From contig CAWJMG010000001.1 in the NCBI GenBank assembly GCA_963843975.1, positions 720,001 to 752,000 on the forward strand: a DNA stretch of 32,000 nt, read 5' to 3'. The notes below the pieces were generated by a model that was given only the letters and a program-made list of their open reading frames with translations, ran no database searches and was not told where the DNA came from. Origin of the DNA: an uncultured Actinomycetes bacterium. GTDB lineage: Bacteria; Actinomycetota; Actinomycetes; S36-B12; CAIYMF01. Made by a program: the position numbers and the translations under genes. Positions 17,510 through 24,445 of the stretch are shown piece after piece (the first letter of the stretch is position 1; the number at the start of each line of letters is the position of its first letter).

Positions 17510-18510
17510 CCCCCACCGCGGCGTCGACAGGTGACGGTCGACGGGCCGGGCGTCTCGCCCGGCTCGTCGACTCGTCCCGCTTCAACCTCGCGATCGCGGC
17601 GGTCATCGTCGCGAACGCCGTCGTCCTCGGCCTCGAGACCTACCCCGAGGTCATGGACTCGTACGGCGGCCTGCTCGTGCTGCTCAACGAACTCTTCTTC
17701 GTCGTCTTCGTCGCCGAGCTCGCGCTGCGCATCGCGTCGTACGGGCGCCGGCCCCAGGACTTCCTGCGCAACGGCTGGAACGTCTTCGACCTCGTCGTGA
17801 TCGGCGCCGTGCTGCTGCCCGGTGTCCGCGAGCAGGCACAGCTCCTGCGGCTGCTGCGCCTCGCGCGCATCGTCCGGCTCGTGCGCTTCCTGCCCGACGC
17901 CCGGATGCTCGTGCTCACCGTCATCAAGTCGATCCCGTCGGTCGCCAGCATGGTCGTGCTGACGGTCCTGCTGCTGTTCGTCTACGGCATGGTCGGCTGG
18001 TCGCTGTTCGGCGGGGCGCTGCCCGAGACCTGGGGCACCATCGGCCGCTCGATGCTGACGCTGTTCGTCCTGCTGACGCTCGAGAACTTCCCGACGTATC
18101 TCGCCGAGGCCGAGCCCGTCAGCGTGCTCGCGATCCCGTTCTTCGTCTCGTACGTGCTGCTCGCCGCGTTCATCGTCTTCAACCTGCTCATCGGAGTCGT
18201 CATCAGCTCGATGGAGAAGGCGCGCGAGGAGGAGGCCGCGAAGGAGGAGCACGACGACGCCGAGCTGCTCGCACGCCTCACCGAGGTGCAGTCGGCGCTC
18301 TCACGTCTCGAGCGCGACCTGCGCGAGCGGAAGCCGGGCGAGGGAGCGGCCCTCAGCCTCTCCAGGTGCTTCCGCAGGCCGCTGAGCGTGCTCGTGACGA
18401 GGTCACCGATCACCTTGCGGCGCAGGAAGCCGGGGATAGGCAGGTTGTGGCTGACTGTCAGGTCGAACGTGACGTCGCACGCGCCGTCGCCCGCCGCCAC
18501 GACCGTGTAG
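17506..18510 (+). CDS. BacNaV-type voltage-gated cation channel (6-TM, single domain)
   Basis: GTGA overlap with the terC stop. S4 has Arg at every third position (LLRLLRLARIVRLVRF). The pore is MLTLFVLLTLENFPT, compared with TLESW in NaChBac/NavAb. S6 is FIVFNLLIGVVISSME, followed by a C-terminal coiled coil EEHDDAELLARLTEVQSALSRLERDL. The 3' end is uncertain: the last roughly 50 codons run antisense through the SRPBCC gene. Confidence 0.8.
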   Translation: MTPTAASTGDGRRAGRLARLVDSSRFNLAIAAVIVANAVVLGLETYPEVMDSYGGLLVLLNELFFVVFVAELALRIASYGRRPQDFLRNGWNVFDLVVIGAVLLPGVREQAQLLRLLRLARIVRLVRFLPDARMLVLTVIKSIPSVASMVVLTVLLLFVYGMVGWSLFGGALPETWGTIGRSMLTLFVLLTLENFPTYLAEAEPVSVLAIPFFVSYVLLAAFIVFNLLIGVVISSMEKAREEEAAKEEHDDAELLARLTEVQSALSRLERDLRERKPGEGAALSLSRCFRRPLSVLVTRSPITLRRRKPGIGRLWLTVRSNVTSHAPSPAATTV

Positions 18511-18789
18511 TGGGCCTCCTGACCGGTCTGGAGCTTGCCCTGCACGAGGGTCCAGTCCATGCCGTCGGCACGGTGCGTGTAGGCCAGCGTGTACTCGTCG
18601 GTGCCCACCGGCGTCGCCGCTGCGAACACCGCGGTCAGCACGAGCCCGTCGTCGTCCCGCGTGAGCACCTGCGCGAAGCTTGATCTCGTGGACCCACTCG
18701 GTCTGCCCCTCGACCGCGCGGATCGTCTCCAACGCAGTCCCGGCGGGCGCCTCTATGCGCATGGTCTTCTTCGCGTTGTCGGTGGCCAC
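18353..18789 (-). pseudogene. SRPBCC (START/cyclase-dehydrase-like) protein, frameshifted
   Basis: The N-terminal 37 codons (VATDNAKKTMRIEAPAGTALETIRAVEGQTEWVHEIK, GTG 18789) are in one frame. The rest of the fold (FAQVLTRDDDGLVLTAVF...TDEYTLAYTH...WTLVQGKLQ...FLRRKVIGDLVTSTLSGLRKHLE) is in the +1 frame starting at 18677. That second frame has no stop until 17982. A TGA at 18353-18355 would be reached only after a further +1 shift. Confidence 0.6.
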
Positions 18790-18793
18790 GTGG

Positions 18794-20167
18794 TCACGCT
18801 CCTCGGGAGGATCCGGTCGTGATGGCGACGAGGTCGTCGAGCTCGGCGTCGAACGCGTCGACGAGCCGGTCGGCGTCAGGTACGACGGACGCATCGACCT
18901 TGAAGCCGACCCGCACCGTCTGGTTGTAGCTGAAGATGCAGACTCCTACGGTCTGCCGCCCCGAGCCGGGCACCCAGCCGAGCACGCCGGCGATCCTGCT
19001 GCCCGCGAGGTAGCGGTCCTGCAGCGGCCCCATCACGTTGGTCGTGACGCCGATGGCCTTGCTGGAGAAGAAGTCGACGAGAAGGTCCTCGATCTTCGGG
19101 TGCGTCAGCCCGATCGCGTTGATGAGCCCGAACGTGATGAGCGCCTCGGGCGACTCCTTGATCCGGTCCATCCGCTGCTTGGCCGAGGCAAGCCGATCGC
19201 GGGGCGAGCGCTCGCCGATCGGCATCGGCAGCATCGCGAGCGCGAACTTGTTGCCGAGCTCGCGCGGCAGCGGCTTGTCGACCGGCCGGAGGTTCACCGG
19301 CACCATCGTGGTGAGGTCCTCCGGGTGCCCGCCCGCGTCGACGACGTAGGACGACAGCGCCCCCGCGACCGCGGCGACGAGCACGTCGTTGACCGTGGCG
19401 TCGGACGCCCTGCCGATCGCCTTGATCTGCGCGATCGGGTGCGGCCTCGACCACACCGCGCGCTTGGCCAGACCGGGCTCCCCCAGCAGAGGGCCGGGCG
19501 GGTTCGAGCCGAGCAGGAGCTTGTCGGCGATGTGCGCGGTCTGCGCCGCGAGCGTGAACGCGTCGCGCACCACCGACGGCCGGGCAAGCTTCGTCGCCTC
19601 CGACAGCAGGTTGCGCGCCGCACCGACGCCCGGGATCGAGAGCGTCCACCCCTCGTGCTTCGGCGTCTCGTCGGTGCTCGGCGCGAGGTCACCCTCGGGC
19701 TCCTCGTCGGTGAGGGAGAGCAGCACCTGCGCCAGCGCGATGCCGTCCGCGATCGCGTGGTGGAAGCGGCACACCACCGCCGAGCCTCCGTCGTACGACG
19801 CCACCACGTGCAGCTCCCACAGCGCGTGGTCGCGGTCGAGCGGCGTCTGCATGAGGCCCTCGACGAACAGCTTGAGCTCGGCCTCCCCGCCCGGCTCGGG
19901 CAGCACGGCGACCGACAGGTGGTCGTCGAGGTCGAACTCGGGGTCGTCCTCCCACTGCGGTGCGAGCAGCGGCCAGCTGTCGGGCGCGATGCGCTGGTGG
20001 AACACGGGGTAGCGGTCGACGATCCGGCTCTGCACCACGGCGCGGAACCGCTCGAGGTCGAGCGGCTCGTCGAGCCACATGACCGAGTCGATGACCATGA
20101 GGTTGGCCGGGCGGTCCATCCGCAGCCAGATGTTGTCGACGGCGCCGACCGTCCGCCGACCCGCCAT
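18794..20167 (-). CDS. Wax ester synthase / diacylglycerol acyltransferase (WS/DGAT)
   Basis: 457 aa from MAGRRTVGAVDNIWLRMD (ATG 20167). The active-site motif is HHAIADG, and the C-terminal half is the DUF1298-like region typical of WS/DGAT. Its stop lies 4 nt before the SRPBCC GTG. Confidence 0.9.
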   Translation of the reverse strand: MAGRRTVGAVDNIWLRMDRPANLMVIDSVMWLDEPLDLERFRAVVQSRIVDRYPVFHQRIAPDSWPLLAPQWEDDPEFDLDDHLSVAVLPEPGGEAELKLFVEGLMQTPLDRDHALWELHVVASYDGGSAVVCRFHHAIADGIALAQVLLSLTDEEPEGDLAPSTDETPKHEGWTLSIPGVGAARNLLSEATKLARPSVVRDAFTLAAQTAHIADKLLLGSNPPGPLLGEPGLAKRAVWSRPHPIAQIKAIGRASDATVNDVLVAAVAGALSSYVVDAGGHPEDLTTMVPVNLRPVDKPLPRELGNKFALAMLPMPIGERSPRDRLASAKQRMDRIKESPEALITFGLINAIGLTHPKIEDLLVDFFSSKAIGVTTNVMGPLQDRYLAGSRIAGVLGWVPGSGRQTVGVCIFSYNQTVRVGFKVDASVVPDADRLVDAFDAELDDLVAITTGSSRGA

Positions 20168-20313
20168 GCGCCCACGCTCCCCGCTCGTCGACGGCGAACG
20201 CCGCACGGCCAGAGCGTACGTCGGAGCCCGCGCCCAAGCGCGCCGTACCACCCGGCGCCGTCAGAGGCGGCACGATGAGGTGTCGTCCCCGGATCCACCC
20301 GGCGCGGAGCGAG

Positions 20314-20838
20314 GTGTTGGCCGTGATCCTCCCTGAGGTGCGCGACCCTCGGTTCGTCACGATCAGACGAGGCGGCAGTCTCACCGACGACGACCACCAC
20401 CTCCTGGCGCAGTGGGCCGCGACCTGCGCCGAGCATGCCCTCCCGCTGTTCGAGGCGACGCGACCCGGCGACGCGAGGCCCCGTCGGGCGATCGACCAGG
20501 TACGCGCGTGGGCGAATGGCGAGATCCGGATGTCCGACTCACGAGCCGCCGGGGGCCACGCCATGGCGGCGGCCCGTGACCTCACGGGCCCGGCTCGGCA
20601 CGCCGCGTTCGCCGCAGGTCAGGCAGCAGTGGTCGCCCACGTCGCAGCGCACGAGCTCGGCGCAGCCGCCTACGCCATCAAGGCGGTCCGAGCCGCCGCA
20701 CCAGCCACGGAGGCCGATGAGGCCGGGCGCCAGGAGTGCGCGTGGCAGCGCGCCCAGCTGCCCGACTCGATCCGGGCCCTCGTGCTCGACGACCAGCGCC
20801 TGCGCAATGCTCTCTGCTGGTCCGTCTTCGACCTGTGA
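20314..20838 (+). CDS. Helical protein of the Imm-5-like 'putative immunity protein' family
   Basis: The conserved core RDPRFVTIRRGGSLTDDDHHLLAQWAATCAEHALPLF...AHELGAAAYAIKAV...DDQRLRNALCWSVF matches an actinobacterial family I recall as annotated putative immunity protein, sometimes mislabelled SbcC. The start is uncertain (GTG at 20314 or 20323; listed ATG at 20275). Confidence 0.55.
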   Translation: MLAVILPEVRDPRFVTIRRGGSLTDDDHHLLAQWAATCAEHALPLFEATRPGDARPRRAIDQVRAWANGEIRMSDSRAAGGHAMAAARDLTGPARHAAFAAGQAAVVAHVAAHELGAAAYAIKAVRAAAPATEADEAGRQECAWQRAQLPDSIRALVLDDQRLRNALCWSVFDL

Positions 20839-20879
20839 CGACGCACGAGTCCGCACCGGGGCGTGCCAGGCTCTGACCC

Positions 20880-21683
20880 ATGCCCTCCCCCCTGTCCCCG
20901 CTCGAGGACGCGCCTGGGATCACGTGGTCGGCGTGCGTGATCGACCCGGCCACCGGCGACGTGCTCGACTCGTACGACGCGGAGCGCGTGCTGCCCACGG
21001 CGAGCGTGGGCAAGCTGCTGCTCCTGCTCGAGGTCGCGCGCCGGCTCGCGAGCGCCGACCTGGCCGCCTCTGCTCTGCTGCGGCGCACCCCGGACGACGA
21101 GGTCGCCGACTCGGGGCTGTGGCAGCACCTGCGCGTCGACGCGCTGTCCGTCGAGGACCTTGCGGTGCTCGTGGCCTCGGTGTCGGACAACCTCGCGACG
21201 AACGTCCTGCTGCGCGACGTGGGGCTCGATGCCGTCGCCGGCGTCGGTCCGTCGCTCGGGCTCCCGACGCTGCGGCTGCACGACCGGATCCGCGACGTCC
21301 GCACGGCCGAGCACCCGCCCACGCTGTCGGAGGGGTCGGCGCTCGACCTCGCGCGGTTCGCTGCCCTTCTGGCCACCGAGGAGGCGCTCGAGTGGTCGCT
21401 GCTGCGGCGCTGGCTCTCGACCGGCGTCGACCTGTCGCTCGTCGCGGGCGACCTCGGGCTCGACCCGCTCGCGCACGTGGAGGATGACCGCGGCCTGCGC
21501 CTGCTCAACAAGACCGGCACCGACTCCGGGGTGCGCGCCGACGTCGGGATCCTCGGCGTGGGCGATCGGGTGCTCGCGTACGCCGTCGTCGCGTCGTGGA
21601 CGCCGACGTCCGGCGACGGTCTGCGGGACGACGCGATCCGCGCGATGCGCGCGGTCGGCACAGGGCTCGCAGAGCCGGGCTGA
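20880..21683 (+). CDS. Class A beta-lactamase-related serine hydrolase, no signal peptide
   Basis: The catalytic triad of motifs is in order: SVGK (SxxK), SDN, KTG. The N-terminus MPSPLSPLEDAPGI has no hydrophobic signal sequence. Confidence 0.8.
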   Translation: MPSPLSPLEDAPGITWSACVIDPATGDVLDSYDAERVLPTASVGKLLLLLEVARRLASADLAASALLRRTPDDEVADSGLWQHLRVDALSVEDLAVLVASVSDNLATNVLLRDVGLDAVAGVGPSLGLPTLRLHDRIRDVRTAEHPPTLSEGSALDLARFAALLATEEALEWSLLRRWLSTGVDLSLVAGDLGLDPLAHVEDDRGLRLLNKTGTDSGVRADVGILGVGDRVLAYAVVASWTPTSGDGLRDDAIRAMRAVGTGLAEPG

Positions 21684-21684
21684 G

Positions 21685-22554
21685 TCAGATCCCGCGGATG
21701 CGGTGCTCGCCGGCGTAGACGGTCATCCGGTCGCCGCGGACGAAGGCGGCGAGCGTCAGGCCGGCATCGCGGGCGGCATCGACCGCCAGCGAGGTCGGCG
21801 CGGACACCGCGACGAGCACGGGGATCGCGGCCATCGCGGCCTTCTGCACGATCTCGAAGCCAGCACGCCCGCTCACGACGAGCACGTCGGCGGTGACCCC
21901 CTCGAGCAGGGCAGCGCCCACGGCCTTGTCGACGGCGTTGTGGCGGCCGACGTCCTCGCGGACGAGGAGAACCGCGCCATCGGCGTCGGCGAGCGCGACG
22001 GCGTGCAGCCCACCGGTGCGCCGGAACACCGCCTGCTTCTCCTGCATGCGGTCCGGCAGGGCGAGCAGGGTCGCCGCGTCGACCGACACCTCGCGCCCGA
22101 CCGGTGGCACGAGCGCCAGCAGGTCGTCGATGTGGTCGCGGCCGCACAGCCCGCACGCGCTCGACGGGTGCGCGACGCGGCCGAGCCGGGACGGGTCGAG
22201 CTCGACGTCGTCCGCGAGCACGACCATCACGTCGTTGTCCGATCGCACGAGGTCGCCCGAGCAGGGCCGCACCTCGACCACGTCGTCCCGACGGCGCACG
22301 ACGCCCTCGGCCACCGCGAGGCCGACCGCGAGCTCGGTGTCGTGGCCAGGCGTGCGCATGGTGGAGCCGAGCACGGAGGCGACGCCGCGGTGCCGCACGT
22401 GCACCTGCAGCGGCTCCTCGACCACGACCTGGTCGGGGCGAGCACCGGCGCCCGGGCCGCCGACGCGCACGACCCGCACGCTCGCGGTCGTGCCCGTCCG
22501 CGCACGCGGGGCGGAGTCGTCGGCCTCGTCGGGAGGCAGGTCGGCTGAGGTCAC
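21685..22554 (-). CDS. fdhD: Formate dehydrogenase accessory sulfurtransferase FdhD
   Basis: 289 aa from the GTG at 22554. FdhD motifs are SSACGLCG, DVGRHNAVDK and SGRAGFEIVQKA. Confidence 0.9.
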   Translation of the reverse strand: MTSADLPPDEADDSAPRARTGTTASVRVVRVGGPGAGARPDQVVVEEPLQVHVRHRGVASVLGSTMRTPGHDTELAVGLAVAEGVVRRRDDVVEVRPCSGDLVRSDNDVMVVLADDVELDPSRLGRVAHPSSACGLCGRDHIDDLLALVPPVGREVSVDAATLLALPDRMQEKQAVFRRTGGLHAVALADADGAVLLVREDVGRHNAVDKAVGAALLEGVTADVLVVSGRAGFEIVQKAAMAAIPVLVAVSAPTSLAVDAARDAGLTLAAFVRGDRMTVYAGEHRIRGI

Positions 22555-22567
22555 GGCAGGAGCGCCG

Positions 22568-22822
22568 TCAGGCGTCCGGCGTCGCGGGTCGGGCGGCCCA
22601 CTCGGCGGCGAGGGCGCGCGCGACTGCGACCGCCTCGGCCACGGCCTCGGCGCCACCGCCGTCGCGGCCGGCGGCGTACCCCACCAGGAAGGTCGTCACC
22701 GGCGCTGCCGGCCGTACGACCGCCCTGGCGGCATCGCCGGCGAGGTCGAGCACGATGTCGATCTCCGCGGTCATCTCCACGCCGAGCGCGGCCGCGAGCT
22801 CGCGGGTCCAGTCGTCGAGCAC
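22568..22822 (-). CDS. DUF6457-like small protein (84 aa) between mobA and fdhD
   Basis: VLDDWTRELAAALGVE...VTTFLVGYAAG resembles the small conserved protein usually found beside mobA in actinobacteria. Its GTG comes 1 nt after the mobA stop. Confidence 0.55.
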   Translation of the reverse strand: MLDDWTRELAAALGVEMTAEIDIVLDLAGDAARAVVRPAAPVTTFLVGYAAGRDGGGAEAVAEAVAVARALAAEWAARPATPDA

Positions 22823-22823
22823 G

Positions 22824-23424
22824 TCAGCCTCTCCTTCGTCCGGCCCGCAGCCGGGCCAGGTCGTCGGGGGTGTCGATGTCACCAGCATCGGCCCGCGGCA
22901 CGTCGACGACGCGCAGCAGGTCCACGAGGTCGCCGAACCGGTGCTCGGCCACGCCCTCGAGCACGACGAGCGAGTCCAGCGCCCGGCGTACGGCGACGGT
23001 GCGGTACGCGGCCGCGAGCCACTGCCGTCGTCCGCCGGGGTCGACGACCACGGCCGCCTCGGCCTCGGGGGCGGCCTCCAGCGCCGCGAGCAGCGCGCCC
23101 GGGAGCGCGGACGGGTCGACCAGGTCCGCCGCCAGCAGGACGAGGAAGCTCGGTGCGCACGTGCGGGACGGCGGCGGCGAGCGCGGCGAGCGGGCCGCCG
23201 AGGGGCGGGTCCTCCCGTAGCCGCACGACGGGAGCCGCGAGCCGGTCGTCCTCGGGCGAGGGCGGCCCCACCAGCAGGACGGTGGAGGCATCGGCCACGG
23301 CGGCCACCGCGCGGGCCCGGAGGGTCGCGCCGTCGACCTCGAGGCCGGCCTTGTCGATCCCGCCCATGCGGCGGCTGCGGCCTCCGTCGAGGACGACGGC
23401 CGCGAACGCAGTCCGGGCGGGCAC
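22824..23424 (-). pseudogene. mobA: Molybdenum cofactor guanylyltransferase MobA, +1 frame break near 23148
   Basis: Codons 1-92 (MPARTAFAAVVLDGGRSRRMGGIDKAGL...GPLAALAAAVPHVRTE) are in the frame of ORF 22879..23424. The remaining 107 codons (FLVLLAADLVDPSAL...DIDTPDDLARL) are in the frame of ORF 22824..23600. Joined, they give a normal-length MobA of about 199 aa. Confidence 0.75.
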
Positions 23425-23587
23425 GACCCCACGCTACGCGCGGGCCCGGGATCGCGGGTCCCCGCTGCTGCACGGGCCGTCGGCAGGCGCACCACCGCGC
23501 CTTGAGGGTCCGATCGGTGATTTTCGGTATTCACCCCTACGGAGCAACGCGATTCAGTCGATCGGCCGTCGCTCCGATGCCTTGACC

Positions 23588-24319
23588 ATGACACGCGCAC
23601 GGCACCTGCAGCGGCACCTCCACCGATCGGCCGCAGTCGCCACCGCGACCGGGCTCTTCGCGCTCGCCGCCCTCGGGACCGCCGCCGTCGCCTTCGCCGG
23701 CCAGGAGTCCAGCGCCGTCGCCGTCGCCGCCCCTGCCGCCGTCTCCGCCCCTCTCAGCCCCGCCGCAGTCCCCGTCGCCGCCGCCGACGCGATCCGCGCC
23801 ACGAAGGCCGAGGCCGCCCAGGTCGCCGCCGACCAGCGGGCCGCAGCGAAGGCCACCGAGCAGGCAGCCCAGGCTGAGAAGGCCGCCAAGTCCGCCGCTG
23901 CGCGCAAGGCCGCCGCCAAGGCCGAGGCCGCGCGCACCGCTGCCGCCGCCAAGGTCGCGACGGCAGGAGCCAAGGCCACCAGCGCCACGGCCGCCCTCGC
24001 CGCGAAGACCATCACGATCTCGCGCTACACCAACGCACCCGGCTCGCAGGCCGCGATCGACAAGTGCCAGCTCGTCCTCTGGTCGAGCAGCCCGAACTGG
24101 CTCGCCGGCCACAACTGGTGCGGCTACCAGTGGATGGCGTACGTGAAGACGGGCACCACCGTCGTCGTCACCTCCGGTGCTGCGAAGGGCACCTACGTGG
24201 TCTACGACCACCAGCGCCTCGGCCGCCAGAGCGGTGCGATGCCGAGCACCAACGCCGACCTCGTCCTGCAGACCTGCGTCGGCAGCGGCACCGGCCTCAC
24301 GTTCCTCCGCCGCGTCTGA
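23588..24319 (+). CDS. Secreted Ala/Lys-rich protein with sortase-like C-terminal domain
   Basis: 243 aa. It has an N-terminal signal/TM segment (AAVATATGLFALAALGTAAVAFAG), then about 100 aa of low-complexity A/K/E/Q. The C-terminal roughly 95 aa carry ordered LAGHN ... TYVVY ... LVLQTC ... LRR, which resembles the His/Cys/Arg layout of small sortases. Confidence 0.65.
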   Translation: MTRARHLQRHLHRSAAVATATGLFALAALGTAAVAFAGQESSAVAVAAPAAVSAPLSPAAVPVAAADAIRATKAEAAQVAADQRAAAKATEQAAQAEKAAKSAAARKAAAKAEAARTAAAAKVATAGAKATSATAALAAKTITISRYTNAPGSQAAIDKCQLVLWSSSPNWLAGHNWCGYQWMAYVKTGTTVVVTSGAAKGTYVVYDHQRLGRQSGAMPSTNADLVLQTCVGSGTGLTFLRRV

Positions 24320-24343
24320 CCCTCAGCGTTCGTCCCGATCGAC

Positions 24344-24376
24344 GGACCCGTCGCCCTCCACCGGGGCGGCGGGTCC
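24344..24376 (+). terminator. GC-rich hairpin after the secreted-protein gene
   Basis: GGACCCGTCGCCC-tccacc-GGGGCGGCGGGTCC is an imperfect stem of about 12 bp lying 25 nt after the stop. No U-tract. Confidence 0.35.
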
Positions 24377-24401
24377 GCGCCTTCGTCGGACAGATCCCCG
24401 C

Positions 24402-24436
24402 TTAACCCGCTCCCGCGTCGCGGCGGCCTGGGTTAA
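24402..24436. promoter_or_regulatory. Inverted repeat TTAACCC-N21-GGGTTAA upstream of bfaA
   Basis: Two AT-containing 7-nt arms stand out in otherwise GC-rich DNA and end 10 nt before the first possible bfaA start. This could be an operator or an RNA stem. Confidence 0.3.
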
Positions 24437-24445
24437 CGTCGATGT

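Noticed and set aside
18675-18681. Programmed +1 ribosomal frameshifting as the explanation for the SRPBCC and mobA frame breaks; also the HindIII site AAGCTT at the SRPBCC break
   Set aside because: Neither site has an upstream SD-like stimulator or a slow or stop A-site codon as in prfB. The genes are not ones known to use recoding, and an in-frame CUU-C in fgd is read normally. The shared context is kept as an observation, but PRF is not claimed. The second break is GAGCTT, not a HindIII site.
23425-23587. Possible riboswitch or leader in the 163-nt region upstream of the secreted sortase-like gene (short hairpins GGTGA/TCACC and CGGAGC/GCTCCG)
   Set aside because: No conserved riboswitch core could be recognised, and the region is short. 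It is probably just a promoter plus 5' UTR.
23690-24010. GCC/GCG/AAG-rich low-complexity DNA that at first glance resembles a tandem repeat array
   Set aside because: No fixed-length unit or spacer structure is present. It is the coding sequence for the Ala/Lys-rich linker of the secreted protein. It is not a CRISPR array or a satellite.
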